Positions 16,982 through 24,297 of a stretch of DNA of 35,752 bases are shown here, in pieces. This DNA is from a virus (taxonomy: Duplodnaviria; Caudoviricetes). The notes beneath the pieces were generated by a model that was not told the origin of the DNA, made no database searches, and worked only from the letters and a program-made list of their open reading frames with translations. A program made the translations under genes and the position numbers. Each line of letters opens with the position of its first letter. Positions within the stretch are counted from its first letter, which is position 1. The stretch lies in the IMG/VR virus record IMGVR_UViG_3300020727_000044, positions 1-35,752 of that record, one strand, 5' to 3'.

Positions 16982-18382
16982 ATGGCAACAACAAGTCCAG
17001 CATACAGTCAGGGTTCGATTGCTACCTCGCAGTTCAATTCACCCATTTTGTTTAATGATCTTAACTCAAATGATAGATCATATTTTAAAGATTTAGTGTA
17101 CAAGTTCGGTGACGAAAAATTGTACTCTATGGTATTAATGGCAATGCAGCAGTTCGTTGATACGACTAGCACAGATAACCATACTTTCTACCACTATGAA
17201 AAAAGACAATCTTTCCCTTCATTCGCAGTTCAATCTAACGTTACTGGTGGCGCTTCTATCACAGTTACAGTAGGTGCTAATGACTACTATGAAGCAGGAA
17301 ACCGTTCTCCTATTCGTGCAGGTGAAACTATGTTGTTAGCTTCAAGCAACCAATTAGTTCAAATCGTTTCTGTAAATACAGCAACTCCAAATGCTCATAC
17401 AGCAGTTATTGCTTCTTTAGATGGTTCTACTATCGCATCAGCAGGTTCAGGTAACGTTCTTGCAGGTGATTTATTACTTTTCAGAGGTGCTACTAACGTT
17501 GGTGAAGGATCTACTATCTTAAATGGTATTTCTCCATTATGGGATAAGATTACCAACACTATCACAGAACATCGTGATGATTTCACTATTACCGATATTG
17601 CTCACATGGAAAAGCAAGAGGTAAGAGTAGCTGAAAATGGTCAGCCTTACTATCGTGATATTGCGGTTGATGAAGTGAACAAGCGTTGGTTGGCTCAACA
17701 GTTCTGGAAAATCATGGAAGGTGTCCCTGTAACTGCAAGTGGTTTAAATGCTAATATTGGTGGTGGTGCTACTAATGGTACTAAAGGTGTTATTCCTTTC
17801 GTAAAATCAGCAGGTTCTACAGTTCAATATACAGCAGGTGCGCCTACAATCGGAGATTGGCAATCATTGGTTCGTCAATTGAAATATTATGGTGGTGCTT
17901 CTACTTACCATGTACTTTGTGATACTTTGTCTAAACAAGCTCTTGATAACTTCTTCTTCACTCAATTCCATAACACTTATGATATGGTTGATTGGAAGCA
18001 CTTAGGCGGTAACAAAGAAGCAGCAGTAGCTTATGGTTTTGATGCTTTCCGTATTGGTGGTATTACCTTCGGTTTGTATGATAACCCTCAGTTCACAACT
18101 AGCCAAGTTTACAAAAGACCTACTACAATCTCAGCAGGTTACGATAACTACGCTTTGGCTATCCCTCAGCGTCAAAATATCGGAAGAAACGGAGAAAGTT
18201 TACCTTCATTGCAATTAGTATGGCAAAAACAACCTAATGGCGAGAGAGTTACTACTTTTGAAACTGGTGGTTTTGCTATGCAAAATAAAACAACAACAAT
18301 GAACCGTACATTTACACAAATAGGTTACTATGGTGTACGCGTATTCGGAGCAAATGGTTTCGCTCAATTCGTTGGTGTTTAG
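16982..18382 (+). CDS. Major capsid protein
   Basis: 466 aa; highly expressed codon bias (TTC, AAC, ATC, CGT); GTKGVIPFV, YGFDAFRIGG.TF, C-terminal GVRVFGANGF like crAss-type HK97-fold capsids; strong terminator follows. Confidence 0.9.
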   Translation: MATTSPAYSQGSIATSQFNSPILFNDLNSNDRSYFKDLVYKFGDEKLYSMVLMAMQQFVDTTSTDNHTFYHYEKRQSFPSFAVQSNVTGGASITVTVGANDYYEAGNRSPIRAGETMLLASSNQLVQIVSVNTATPNAHTAVIASLDGSTIASAGSGNVLAGDLLLFRGATNVGEGSTILNGISPLWDKITNTITEHRDDFTITDIAHMEKQEVRVAENGQPYYRDIAVDEVNKRWLAQQFWKIMEGVPVTASGLNANIGGGATNGTKGVIPFVKSAGSTVQYTAGAPTIGDWQSLVRQLKYYGGASTYHVLCDTLSKQALDNFFFTQFHNTYDMVDWKHLGGNKEAAVAYGFDAFRIGGITFGLYDNPQFTTSQVYKRPTTISAGYDNYALAIPQRQNIGRNGESLPSLQLVWQKQPNGERVTTFETGGFAMQNKTTTMNRTFTQIGYYGVRVFGANGFAQFVGV

Positions 18383-18406
18383 TAGTTAATTATATATTAA
18401 AAAGGA

Positions 18407-18435
18407 GCGGCACTAATATTAGTGCCGTTTTTTTT
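18407..18435 (+). terminator. Intrinsic terminator after major capsid gene
   Basis: GCGGCACTA-ATAT-TAGTGCCGT followed by a T-run. Confidence 0.9.
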
Positions 18436-18467
18436 ATAAAAAATTTAATTATTATTAAGTATATACA

Positions 18468-18475
18468 TACATTTG
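18468..18475 (+). promoter_or_regulatory. -7 promoter element inside an inverted repeat
   Basis: TACATTTG flanked by ATTATTAAGTA(18451-18461)/TACTTAATAAT(18481-18491). Confidence 0.55.
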
Positions 18476-18505
18476 TGTATTACTTAATAATTAAAAAATA
18501 AAATC

Positions 18506-18649
18506 ATGGCAAAAAGTCAACCTGCTAAAAAATCAAATGACACAAAGTTTGCAGAAGCAATGCAAAAAGAATGGAAAACTAGACCTGCTACAATGGAAAA
18601 ATATGGCAAAACAGCTACAAAGTCTGTTGTAAAGTCTAAGAAACCTTAA
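18506..18649 (+). CDS. Small Lys-rich protein, 47 aa (not in ORF track)
   Basis: MAKSQPAKKSNDTKFAEAMQKEWKTRPATMEKYGKTATKSVVKSKKP*; own promoter, A-rich leader and terminator. Confidence 0.75.
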   Translation: MAKSQPAKKSNDTKFAEAMQKEWKTRPATMEKYGKTATKSVVKSKKP

Positions 18650-18671
18650 AATTTATTTGATTCATTTTTCT

Positions 18672-18708
18672 AATAAAAAAGCCATCTTAATTAGATGGCT
18701 TTTTATTT
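18672..18708. terminator. Bidirectional intrinsic terminator
   Basis: AAAAAGCCATCT-TAATT-AGATGGCTTTTT between convergent genes. Confidence 0.88.
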
Positions 18709-19372
18709 ATTTTATAGCTTTAACGGTACATCTTATATTATCGGAATATATAACTTCCATTCTATTAAATCCTGCGTATATTAAAGCATTTTCAAGTCCT
18801 TTTAAGTTGGGATACCAAAAATTAGTCGAATCGTTATCGAAACCATTATTAAACTCCCATACACTTTTATTCCCATAATCATTTTGAGATATAGCAGTTT
18901 CTATTAAAGAATACTCCTTAGTGCATTGGCTTAATGCTTTAAGTTCGGTTATTGGATTTTCTACATGATATAAAACTCCATAATAAAGTGTAATATCCCA
19001 TTGATTTGTTTTGTAATAATCTTGTAAACTAAATTTATAAAAATCTACCTTACTATTTAAAACAGTACGAGAAAATTCAAATCCATCAGTACCTCTTTCA
19101 AAATGACTACATCCTTGTAATGGATCTATACCACTAACATTACCTCCTCTTTTTTCTGCAAGAAAACTAAAATACCCATCCCAGCAGCCAATATCCAAAA
19201 CAGTTTTACCTTTTAAATCTAATGGCATACCAAATCTATTGTTTGCTATATTTTCGGTACAATGATTAACTTCTCCCTTTGTAGTATATACAAGTCCATC
19301 ATCAGATGTTAAATCAATAGAATGCCACCATTTAATTAATTCTGCTTTTTCTTTAATTTGTTCGTAAGTCAT
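18707..19372 (-). CDS. Class I SAM-dependent methyltransferase (DUF1698/CmoB-like)
   Basis: WWHSIDL, LKGKTVLDIGCWDGYFSF.AEKRG, GVLYHVENP, NFWYPN. Confidence 0.85.
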   Translation of the reverse strand: MTYEQIKEKAELIKWWHSIDLTSDDGLVYTTKGEVNHCTENIANNRFGMPLDLKGKTVLDIGCWDGYFSFLAEKRGGNVSGIDPLQGCSHFERGTDGFEFSRTVLNSKVDFYKFSLQDYYKTNQWDITLYYGVLYHVENPITELKALSQCTKEYSLIETAISQNDYGNKSVWEFNNGFDNDSTNFWYPNLKGLENALIYAGFNRMEVIYSDNIRCTVKAIK

Positions 19373-19374
19373 TG

Positions 19375-20181
19375 TTACTTGTTTAATTTTTTAAAATAAT
19401 ATTCCAAACTTGGTTGATGGTAAAAATCATATCCATTTTTACCATATGGTATGCAATTGGGAGCAAAATCACATAATTCTAGTATTCTTGGTATTTTCAT
19501 CGCCTCCGATATGTTATAAACAAAACTTTGATTACCTATAAAAAACTTGCAAGAAGCTAATATGTTAGTTAATTCTAAAAAATTATTTATTTTAAGATAA
19601 GGTATATCTAATTTCCATTCTTGACAAAATAATTCATGTTCATGCTTAGTGCCTGTAAATAATAATTTATCTTGATAATCTTTAAGAAAAAAATAATTAA
19701 GTTGGGGGTTTCTATATCTCTGAGTTCTATTTATTATAATAGTATCCTTATAAGATTCATCATAATCTGTATTAAATATCCATTTCTTACTTAAATCGCA
19801 AGCCAATTGAGGGTAAACATAAAAATACCATCTTTGTATAGATCCAAAAGGCATATTAACTCTATATCTTCTTATATCATCTAAATTTATATCTATGTCC
19901 TGTCCTTCATACTTTTCAAAAGAGTTAATGTAAGGTTGCGCTTCTATTAATGGTTTTAACATATCAAACATAGGATTATTCATAGAAACCTCCACTCCCT
20001 TGTCATTTTTAGTAGGATGAACTGCTCCTTGATAATATTGAGCCTCCTGGCCTATTCTTTGGTAGTAATTAGCCTTTTTATTCTTATCATGGGCTAATTG
20101 TTTAACTCCTGCCAAACTAGCTATTAAATCACCTGCATTTGCGCTATGTTTGTATTTTGTAATTTTTGTTAATTCTTTCAT
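19375..20181 (-). CDS. GT9-like (heptosyltransferase-fold) glycosyltransferase
   Basis: AGDLIASL N-terminal motif and LEL..IL..CKFFIGNQS....ISEAMKIP C-terminal motif. Confidence 0.75.
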   Translation of the reverse strand: MKELTKITKYKHSANAGDLIASLAGVKQLAHDKNKKANYYQRIGQEAQYYQGAVHPTKNDKGVEVSMNNPMFDMLKPLIEAQPYINSFEKYEGQDIDINLDDIRRYRVNMPFGSIQRWYFYVYPQLACDLSKKWIFNTDYDESYKDTIIINRTQRYRNPQLNYFFLKDYQDKLLFTGTKHEHELFCQEWKLDIPYLKINNFLELTNILASCKFFIGNQSFVYNISEAMKIPRILELCDFAPNCIPYGKNGYDFYHQPSLEYYFKKLNK

Positions 20182-20191
20182 AATTTTTATT

Positions 20192-20199
20192 TATCTTTG
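20192..20199 (+). promoter_or_regulatory. -7 promoter element
   Basis: TATCTTTG 21 nt upstream of ATG 20221. Confidence 0.55.
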
Positions 20200-20220
20200 T
20201 TTCATTAAATTTTAAGTTTT

Positions 20221-20427
20221 ATGGCAAATACTTTTAAAGTAAACGTTTATGAAATTGGTGGATTACCAAGAACAGCTCAAATGACTGTATTCCCTACAAC
20301 TGGATTTATCGCTCAACCTTATGTTGGTGGTAACAGTTCATTGTATGGTGAATTAATGATTGTTGCAAGCGGTCAAGTTTACGGAGTAGTTGAAACCCCT
20401 TCTGCATTACAGGCTTTAGCCGGATAG
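20221..20427 (+). CDS. Small protein, 68 aa, possible capsid accessory/decoration protein
   Basis: Beta-rich composition, capsid-like codon use, own promoter and terminator, TAG TAG stop as in the capsid gene. Confidence 0.7.
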   Translation: MANTFKVNVYEIGGLPRTAQMTVFPTTGFIAQPYVGGNSSLYGELMIVASGQVYGVVETPSALQALAG

Positions 20428-20443
20428 TAGAAAAAACCAATTT

Positions 20444-20478
20444 GCACAAAAGTATAGCCCTAATAGGGCTTTTTGTGC
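20444..20478. terminator. Intrinsic terminator between convergent genes
   Basis: AGCCCT-AAT-AGGGCT plus T-run, extended by GCACAAAA/TTTTGTGC. Confidence 0.75.
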
Positions 20479-20837
20479 TACTGTCTATTCCTAAGTTCAA
20501 GCGGAGGTAATGCCCTTTGTGTTTCTTGTTTAATATCTTCATCATTAAGTCCCAACTTCCCTTTTAACCATTCCTGAGCTTCTACCATTTCTCTGTATCC
20601 TTTTTGCAAGGCCAAATAGTTAGTAAAAGATTTATCACCTTCTTTAACATCTAATACAAAACTATTAAGACTTTTAGCCATTTCGTGCAATTTTCTATTA
20701 TTAGCATAAAACATAGCTACTAATCCATCAAAACTTTCAAGAATATTAATTCTTTCTATAAGTTCTTCTTTTGACATATCATTAAGAGTACGCTTTACGG
20801 GTACATCTGATATATCCATATCTTTTATTTTTGCCAT
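20478..20837 (-). CDS. Hypothetical helical protein (terminase small subunit candidate, weak)
   Basis: 119 aa, coiled-coil character; promoter element immediately upstream. Confidence 0.65.
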   Translation of the reverse strand: MAKIKDMDISDVPVKRTLNDMSKEELIERINILESFDGLVAMFYANNRKLHEMAKSLNSFVLDVKEGDKSFTNYLALQKGYREMVEAQEWLKGKLGLNDEDIKQETQRALPPLELRNRQ

Positions 20838-20841
20838 TGCA

Positions 20842-20849
20842 CAAAACTA
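20842..20849 (-). promoter_or_regulatory. -7 promoter element giving a leaderless transcript
   Basis: TAGTTTTG-TGCA-ATG on minus strand. Confidence 0.55.
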
Positions 20850-20904
20850 TATATTTTTTAGTTAAAGAAAAGCTAATTATGGTATTTATTGTGTAAATGC
20901 TCTA

Positions 20905-20912
20905 TATATTTG
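20905..20912 (+). promoter_or_regulatory. -7 promoter element
   Basis: TATATTTG 18 nt upstream of ATG 20931. Confidence 0.6.
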
Positions 20913-20930
20913 TGTTTTAAATCAAAAATC

Positions 20931-21095
20931 ATGATAATATACTTTTTAGAACAAAATGAAAGCGGAGGACTATCTTTTTACCAATGCTTAATGAAAGATA
21001 GGCATCAAATATGGAGTAAATATCCAAAAGCCAAAGAAATAAGTAAACAATTATTTTTAAAATTAAAAGAATTATCTGAAATTAAAAAACCATAA
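20931..21095 (+). CDS. Hypothetical protein, 54 aa
   Basis: ATG 20931 has an A-rich leader after the promoter; preferred over TTG 20889. Confidence 0.6.
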   Translation: MIIYFLEQNESGGLSFYQCLMKDRHQIWSKYPKAKEISKQLFLKLKELSEIKKP

Positions 21096-21097
21096 AT

Positions 21098-21349
21098 ATG
21101 ATAAGTCCATTAGATCAAAATGTTTTAATTAAACCTGAGCCAATTACCGAAACAAAACTTACTAATATTGTATTTACAAATCCTAAGCCAGCTACAAGAA
21201 AAGGAGAAATCATATCAGTAGGGAAAGATGTAGAATGGTTAAAAAAAGGGGATATAGTTGTATTTGTACCAACTAACACAGTAGAAACAGATGGATTATT
21301 CTTGGTAGATGCTTCTTTAACAGGTAAAATACTATTTAAATACAATTAA
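21098..21349 (+). CDS. groES: Co-chaperonin GroES-like protein
   Basis: ISPLDQNVLIKP...GEIISVGKDVEWLKKGDIVVF. Confidence 0.8.
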   Translation: MISPLDQNVLIKPEPITETKLTNIVFTNPKPATRKGEIISVGKDVEWLKKGDIVVFVPTNTVETDGLFLVDASLTGKILFKYN

Positions 21350-21350
21350 T

Positions 21351-21929
21351 ATGAAATCGATAAAAGGAAGAATGATAGTTAAATTTGATTTACATCAAAA
21401 AGATAAAGTAACTTTTGGAACTTTAAAATTATATGTACCAAATAGAGCTGATGTTAATGAAAATATGAGAGAAGGATATCCAACTCTTTCAACGGTTGTG
21501 GATGGCGGAGAAACTGAGTTAAAAGAGGGAGATGTTATAGTAAGTGAACATACACTACTTGAAAATACGGGTCAATGGATTGAAAATATAGATGGAATAG
21601 TTACAATGTCTATACCAATAAAATCAGATGTAGTTATATATGGTAAAATAGATGAAAAAGGAGATGTAATTCCGTTATTCGATAATTTAGTATGCGAAAG
21701 AATACAAGAAGGATTTTCAAGTAGTATTATTATAACTCCAGATATTTATAAAAAAGTAGAAAATAATAAAGCTATAGTATTAAGAGTTAGTAAAAATTCA
21801 GATATTAAAGAAGGTGAAAAAATAGTTTATTATAGATATAGCGATTACGAATTGGTTTATTTTATTGATGGAATAGAAAGAAAGGCTATAATGGTAAAAA
21901 GATCCGATATAGTAGGAATTGAAAAATAG
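21351..21929 (+). CDS. Tandem GroES-like domain protein
   Basis: Two repeats: SIKGRMIVK...LKEGDVIV and IPLFDNLVCERI...IKEGEKIVY...VKRSDIVG. Confidence 0.7.
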   Translation: MKSIKGRMIVKFDLHQKDKVTFGTLKLYVPNRADVNENMREGYPTLSTVVDGGETELKEGDVIVSEHTLLENTGQWIENIDGIVTMSIPIKSDVVIYGKIDEKGDVIPLFDNLVCERIQEGFSSSIIITPDIYKKVENNKAIVLRVSKNSDIKEGEKIVYYRYSDYELVYFIDGIERKAIMVKRSDIVGIEK

Positions 21930-21951
21930 ATAAAATATTGTCAAAATTCCG

Positions 21952-21959
21952 TAACTTTG
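21952..21959 (+). promoter_or_regulatory. -7 promoter element giving a leaderless tail-operon transcript
   Basis: TAACTTTG-ATGT-ATG. Confidence 0.55.
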
Positions 21960-21963
21960 ATGT

Positions 21964-22635
21964 ATGACAGTCGATTATTGTTATACTTATTTGCAATTTA
22001 TAGCAAGAAAAAACCAAATTGCGCAAATAACTCCAACGGAGTTCCAATTTGCTATAAATAAGGCGCAGCATGATTATTTTGATTTTCTATTAGGTCATAT
22101 AGAAAGTTTTAGATACAACGATGCTACTCCTAAAGTAGGATTAGGTATGAGTAGTAAAATATCTAATGATTTATCTCCATTTAAGGTAAATGGTACAACA
22201 ATATCTGTAGTTTCCGGAGTAGCTCCATATCCAACCGGTTTTCAATACTTAGCATTAATAACAGATTTAAATAATAAAAAAATAGAGTGGATAAGTGATG
22301 ATAAACTTCCTGCAAGATTAAATGATCCTATTGATAATTATTTAGATAGTGGTAAATCTTTTTATAATGAAATTTCAACAGGATGGGCTATATACGGTGC
22401 GGCTGCCTCATCAAGTGTAATAGTTAACTACTATGTTAAACCAAATGATTTAGTTTGGGCTTACAATATTGTATCAGGAAGGCCTGTTTATACACCAACA
22501 GGAAGTGTTCAGCCGCAATTCGATAGTGTAGCTATGGAAGAAGTTTTAGGAAGAGCAGCAAGGATATTAGGATTTAGCTTTGAGAAAGAAAATTTAGTAC
22601 AGCTAGGAGAATCGGCTATAAATAGAGGTGAGTAA
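21964..22635 (+). CDS. Tail tubular/ring (head-tail adaptor) protein 1
   Basis: ITPTEF..AINKAQ.DYF, YYVKP...W.Y patterns; size and position as crAss-like ring proteins. Confidence 0.75.
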   Translation: MTVDYCYTYLQFIARKNQIAQITPTEFQFAINKAQHDYFDFLLGHIESFRYNDATPKVGLGMSSKISNDLSPFKVNGTTISVVSGVAPYPTGFQYLALITDLNNKKIEWISDDKLPARLNDPIDNYLDSGKSFYNEISTGWAIYGAAASSSVIVNYYVKPNDLVWAYNIVSGRPVYTPTGSVQPQFDSVAMEEVLGRAARILGFSFEKENLVQLGESAINRGE

Positions 22636-22838
22636 TGGTAGTAAAAATAGATAGTAAACTAATAAAAGCAGTCGATTATTTTGGTACTACTATGATAATA
22701 CAGTTTGTTAGAGGTGGTATGTATAAATATTACGATATACCACAAGATGAATATGATGGATTTATAGATTCGGATTCAAAAGGGAATTATTTCAGGCAGT
22801 ATATAAAAGATAATTACAGATTTACTAAAATAATATAA
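22635..22838 (+). CDS. KTSC domain protein
   Basis: SKLIKAVDY...IQFVRGGMYKYYDIP..EYDGF..SDSKGNYF..YIKDNY. Confidence 0.9.
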   Translation: MVVKIDSKLIKAVDYFGTTMIIQFVRGGMYKYYDIPQDEYDGFIDSDSKGNYFRQYIKDNYRFTKII

Positions 22839-23509
22839 TGAGTACATTAGTAGGTAATATAACATGGGCTAAAGCCATTAGAAGGATTAACCGAAGGATA
22901 ATGAACGGTTATCCATCTATTGCATCTACTTTGTCTGATAATGAAATAGAACTATATCTAATAGAAGCTATTGCTACTGTTATGATACAGGAAGCTAATA
23001 CATCAATGCAAATTGAAGGAGTTAGGTCTATTCATGAAGGTTTTATTACTACATACAAGATAACTACTATAACAAAAGATAATACAACTGGATTCTATAC
23101 GGTTACTTTGCCACATCCTCCTATTGGTATGCCATTAGGATTAAGTATTATTTCTCCATATTTTGCATCAAGTGGTCAAATTTCATTTCCATTAATAGCG
23201 GTTCATCCAAATCAAAGAGGAATATATAATCAAATGCCAACTCCGAATTATGGTATTTATTATTGGGTAGAAAATAATACAATGTACTTAGATGGAAGAG
23301 GAGTAATAGTTTCAGGATTGGGTACTTTATACATACCAATGCCAAGTCCTAGACCTGCTACTAATAATGATACTGATCCAATTAATCTGCCGGATGAAGC
23401 AATGTCAATGGTTTTTGATATGGTTGTTACTAAATTAACAGCCAGGTTGCAGACACCACAAGATAATTTTAATGATGGTAATTATAACCCTGAACAAAAA
23501 GAAGGATAA
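22838..23509 (+). CDS. Tail tubular/ring protein 2
   Basis: 223 aa; YYWVENNTMYL, D.PINLP, PQDNFND patterns; synteny. Confidence 0.7.
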   Translation: MSTLVGNITWAKAIRRINRRIMNGYPSIASTLSDNEIELYLIEAIATVMIQEANTSMQIEGVRSIHEGFITTYKITTITKDNTTGFYTVTLPHPPIGMPLGLSIISPYFASSGQISFPLIAVHPNQRGIYNQMPTPNYGIYYWVENNTMYLDGRGVIVSGLGTLYIPMPSPRPATNNDTDPINLPDEAMSMVFDMVVTKLTARLQTPQDNFNDGNYNPEQKEG

Positions 23510-24294
23510 TGTCAGCAAATATAAATCAATACATAAAGTTAAAAGATATTGTGCTTTCTTACATAGAGGAAAGCAAGCAGAATGATTCCGCTTTTTTAAG
23601 ATTATGGCGGTTAGCATTTAGAGCCTTTAAGCAAATGGGATTAAATTCTTTTTGGGCAGTAGAAACAGTTCAAATTAATCTTAATCCGAATAAGACAGCA
23701 ACATTACCTGATGATTATATAAATTGGGTAAGTGTAGGATTATTTAATGATAAAGGTGAATTTACAATACTTAACGTAAATCAGGATTTAACTACTTATA
23801 AAGACTTATCTCCCAATAGATTGTCTGATATAGCATCTCAAGTTGGTTCTACATTAAGCGATTTATTAGCAAGTGATCTTATAGATGATAATAATATTCT
23901 TGGAGATGGCAATGGCTATCCTTATCCTATATTTGGAGCGGGTTCTAAATTATTAACAAGCGGAGATTGTAGAGTTGATAATGTTAATAGAGTAATATTG
24001 TTAGATCCTAATTTTCCATATTCGACAGTTGTATTAGAGTATTTGAGTAGCCCTCAACAAAATGACGATTATCAAATACCGATGCAATTTGAAGAAGCTA
24101 TGATTAGCTATCTTAGATGGATGGATAGATATTCTGTTCCTGCAACATCTAAAGGAATGGCATCTCAAAATCAAGCATATGCTTCTCAGTTTGCTTTTCA
24201 GCTAAAATTAGCTAAGAAAATGTTTAAACCTGTAAGGTTACAAGAATTAAATTTACAAGCAAGATTAGCTCAACGTTACGCAGTTAAAGGATAA
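23509..24294 (+). CDS. Tail tubular/ring protein 3
   Basis: TATLPDDYINWVSV, VVLEYLS, IP..FEEAMISY patterns; synteny. Confidence 0.75.
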   Translation: MSANINQYIKLKDIVLSYIEESKQNDSAFLRLWRLAFRAFKQMGLNSFWAVETVQINLNPNKTATLPDDYINWVSVGLFNDKGEFTILNVNQDLTTYKDLSPNRLSDIASQVGSTLSDLLASDLIDDNNILGDGNGYPYPIFGAGSKLLTSGDCRVDNVNRVILLDPNFPYSTVVLEYLSSPQQNDDYQIPMQFEEAMISYLRWMDRYSVPATSKGMASQNQAYASQFAFQLKLAKKMFKPVRLQELNLQARLAQRYAVKG

Positions 24295-24297
24295 AAT

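Noticed and set aside
9575-18382. Introns or inteins in terminase, portal or capsid genes
   Set aside because: ORFs are uninterrupted, of expected size, with no intein or homing endonuclease motifs noticed
18657-18878. 73-aa hydrophobic plus-strand ORF (holin-like)
   Set aside because: TTG start, runs through a terminator and lies antisense to the methyltransferase
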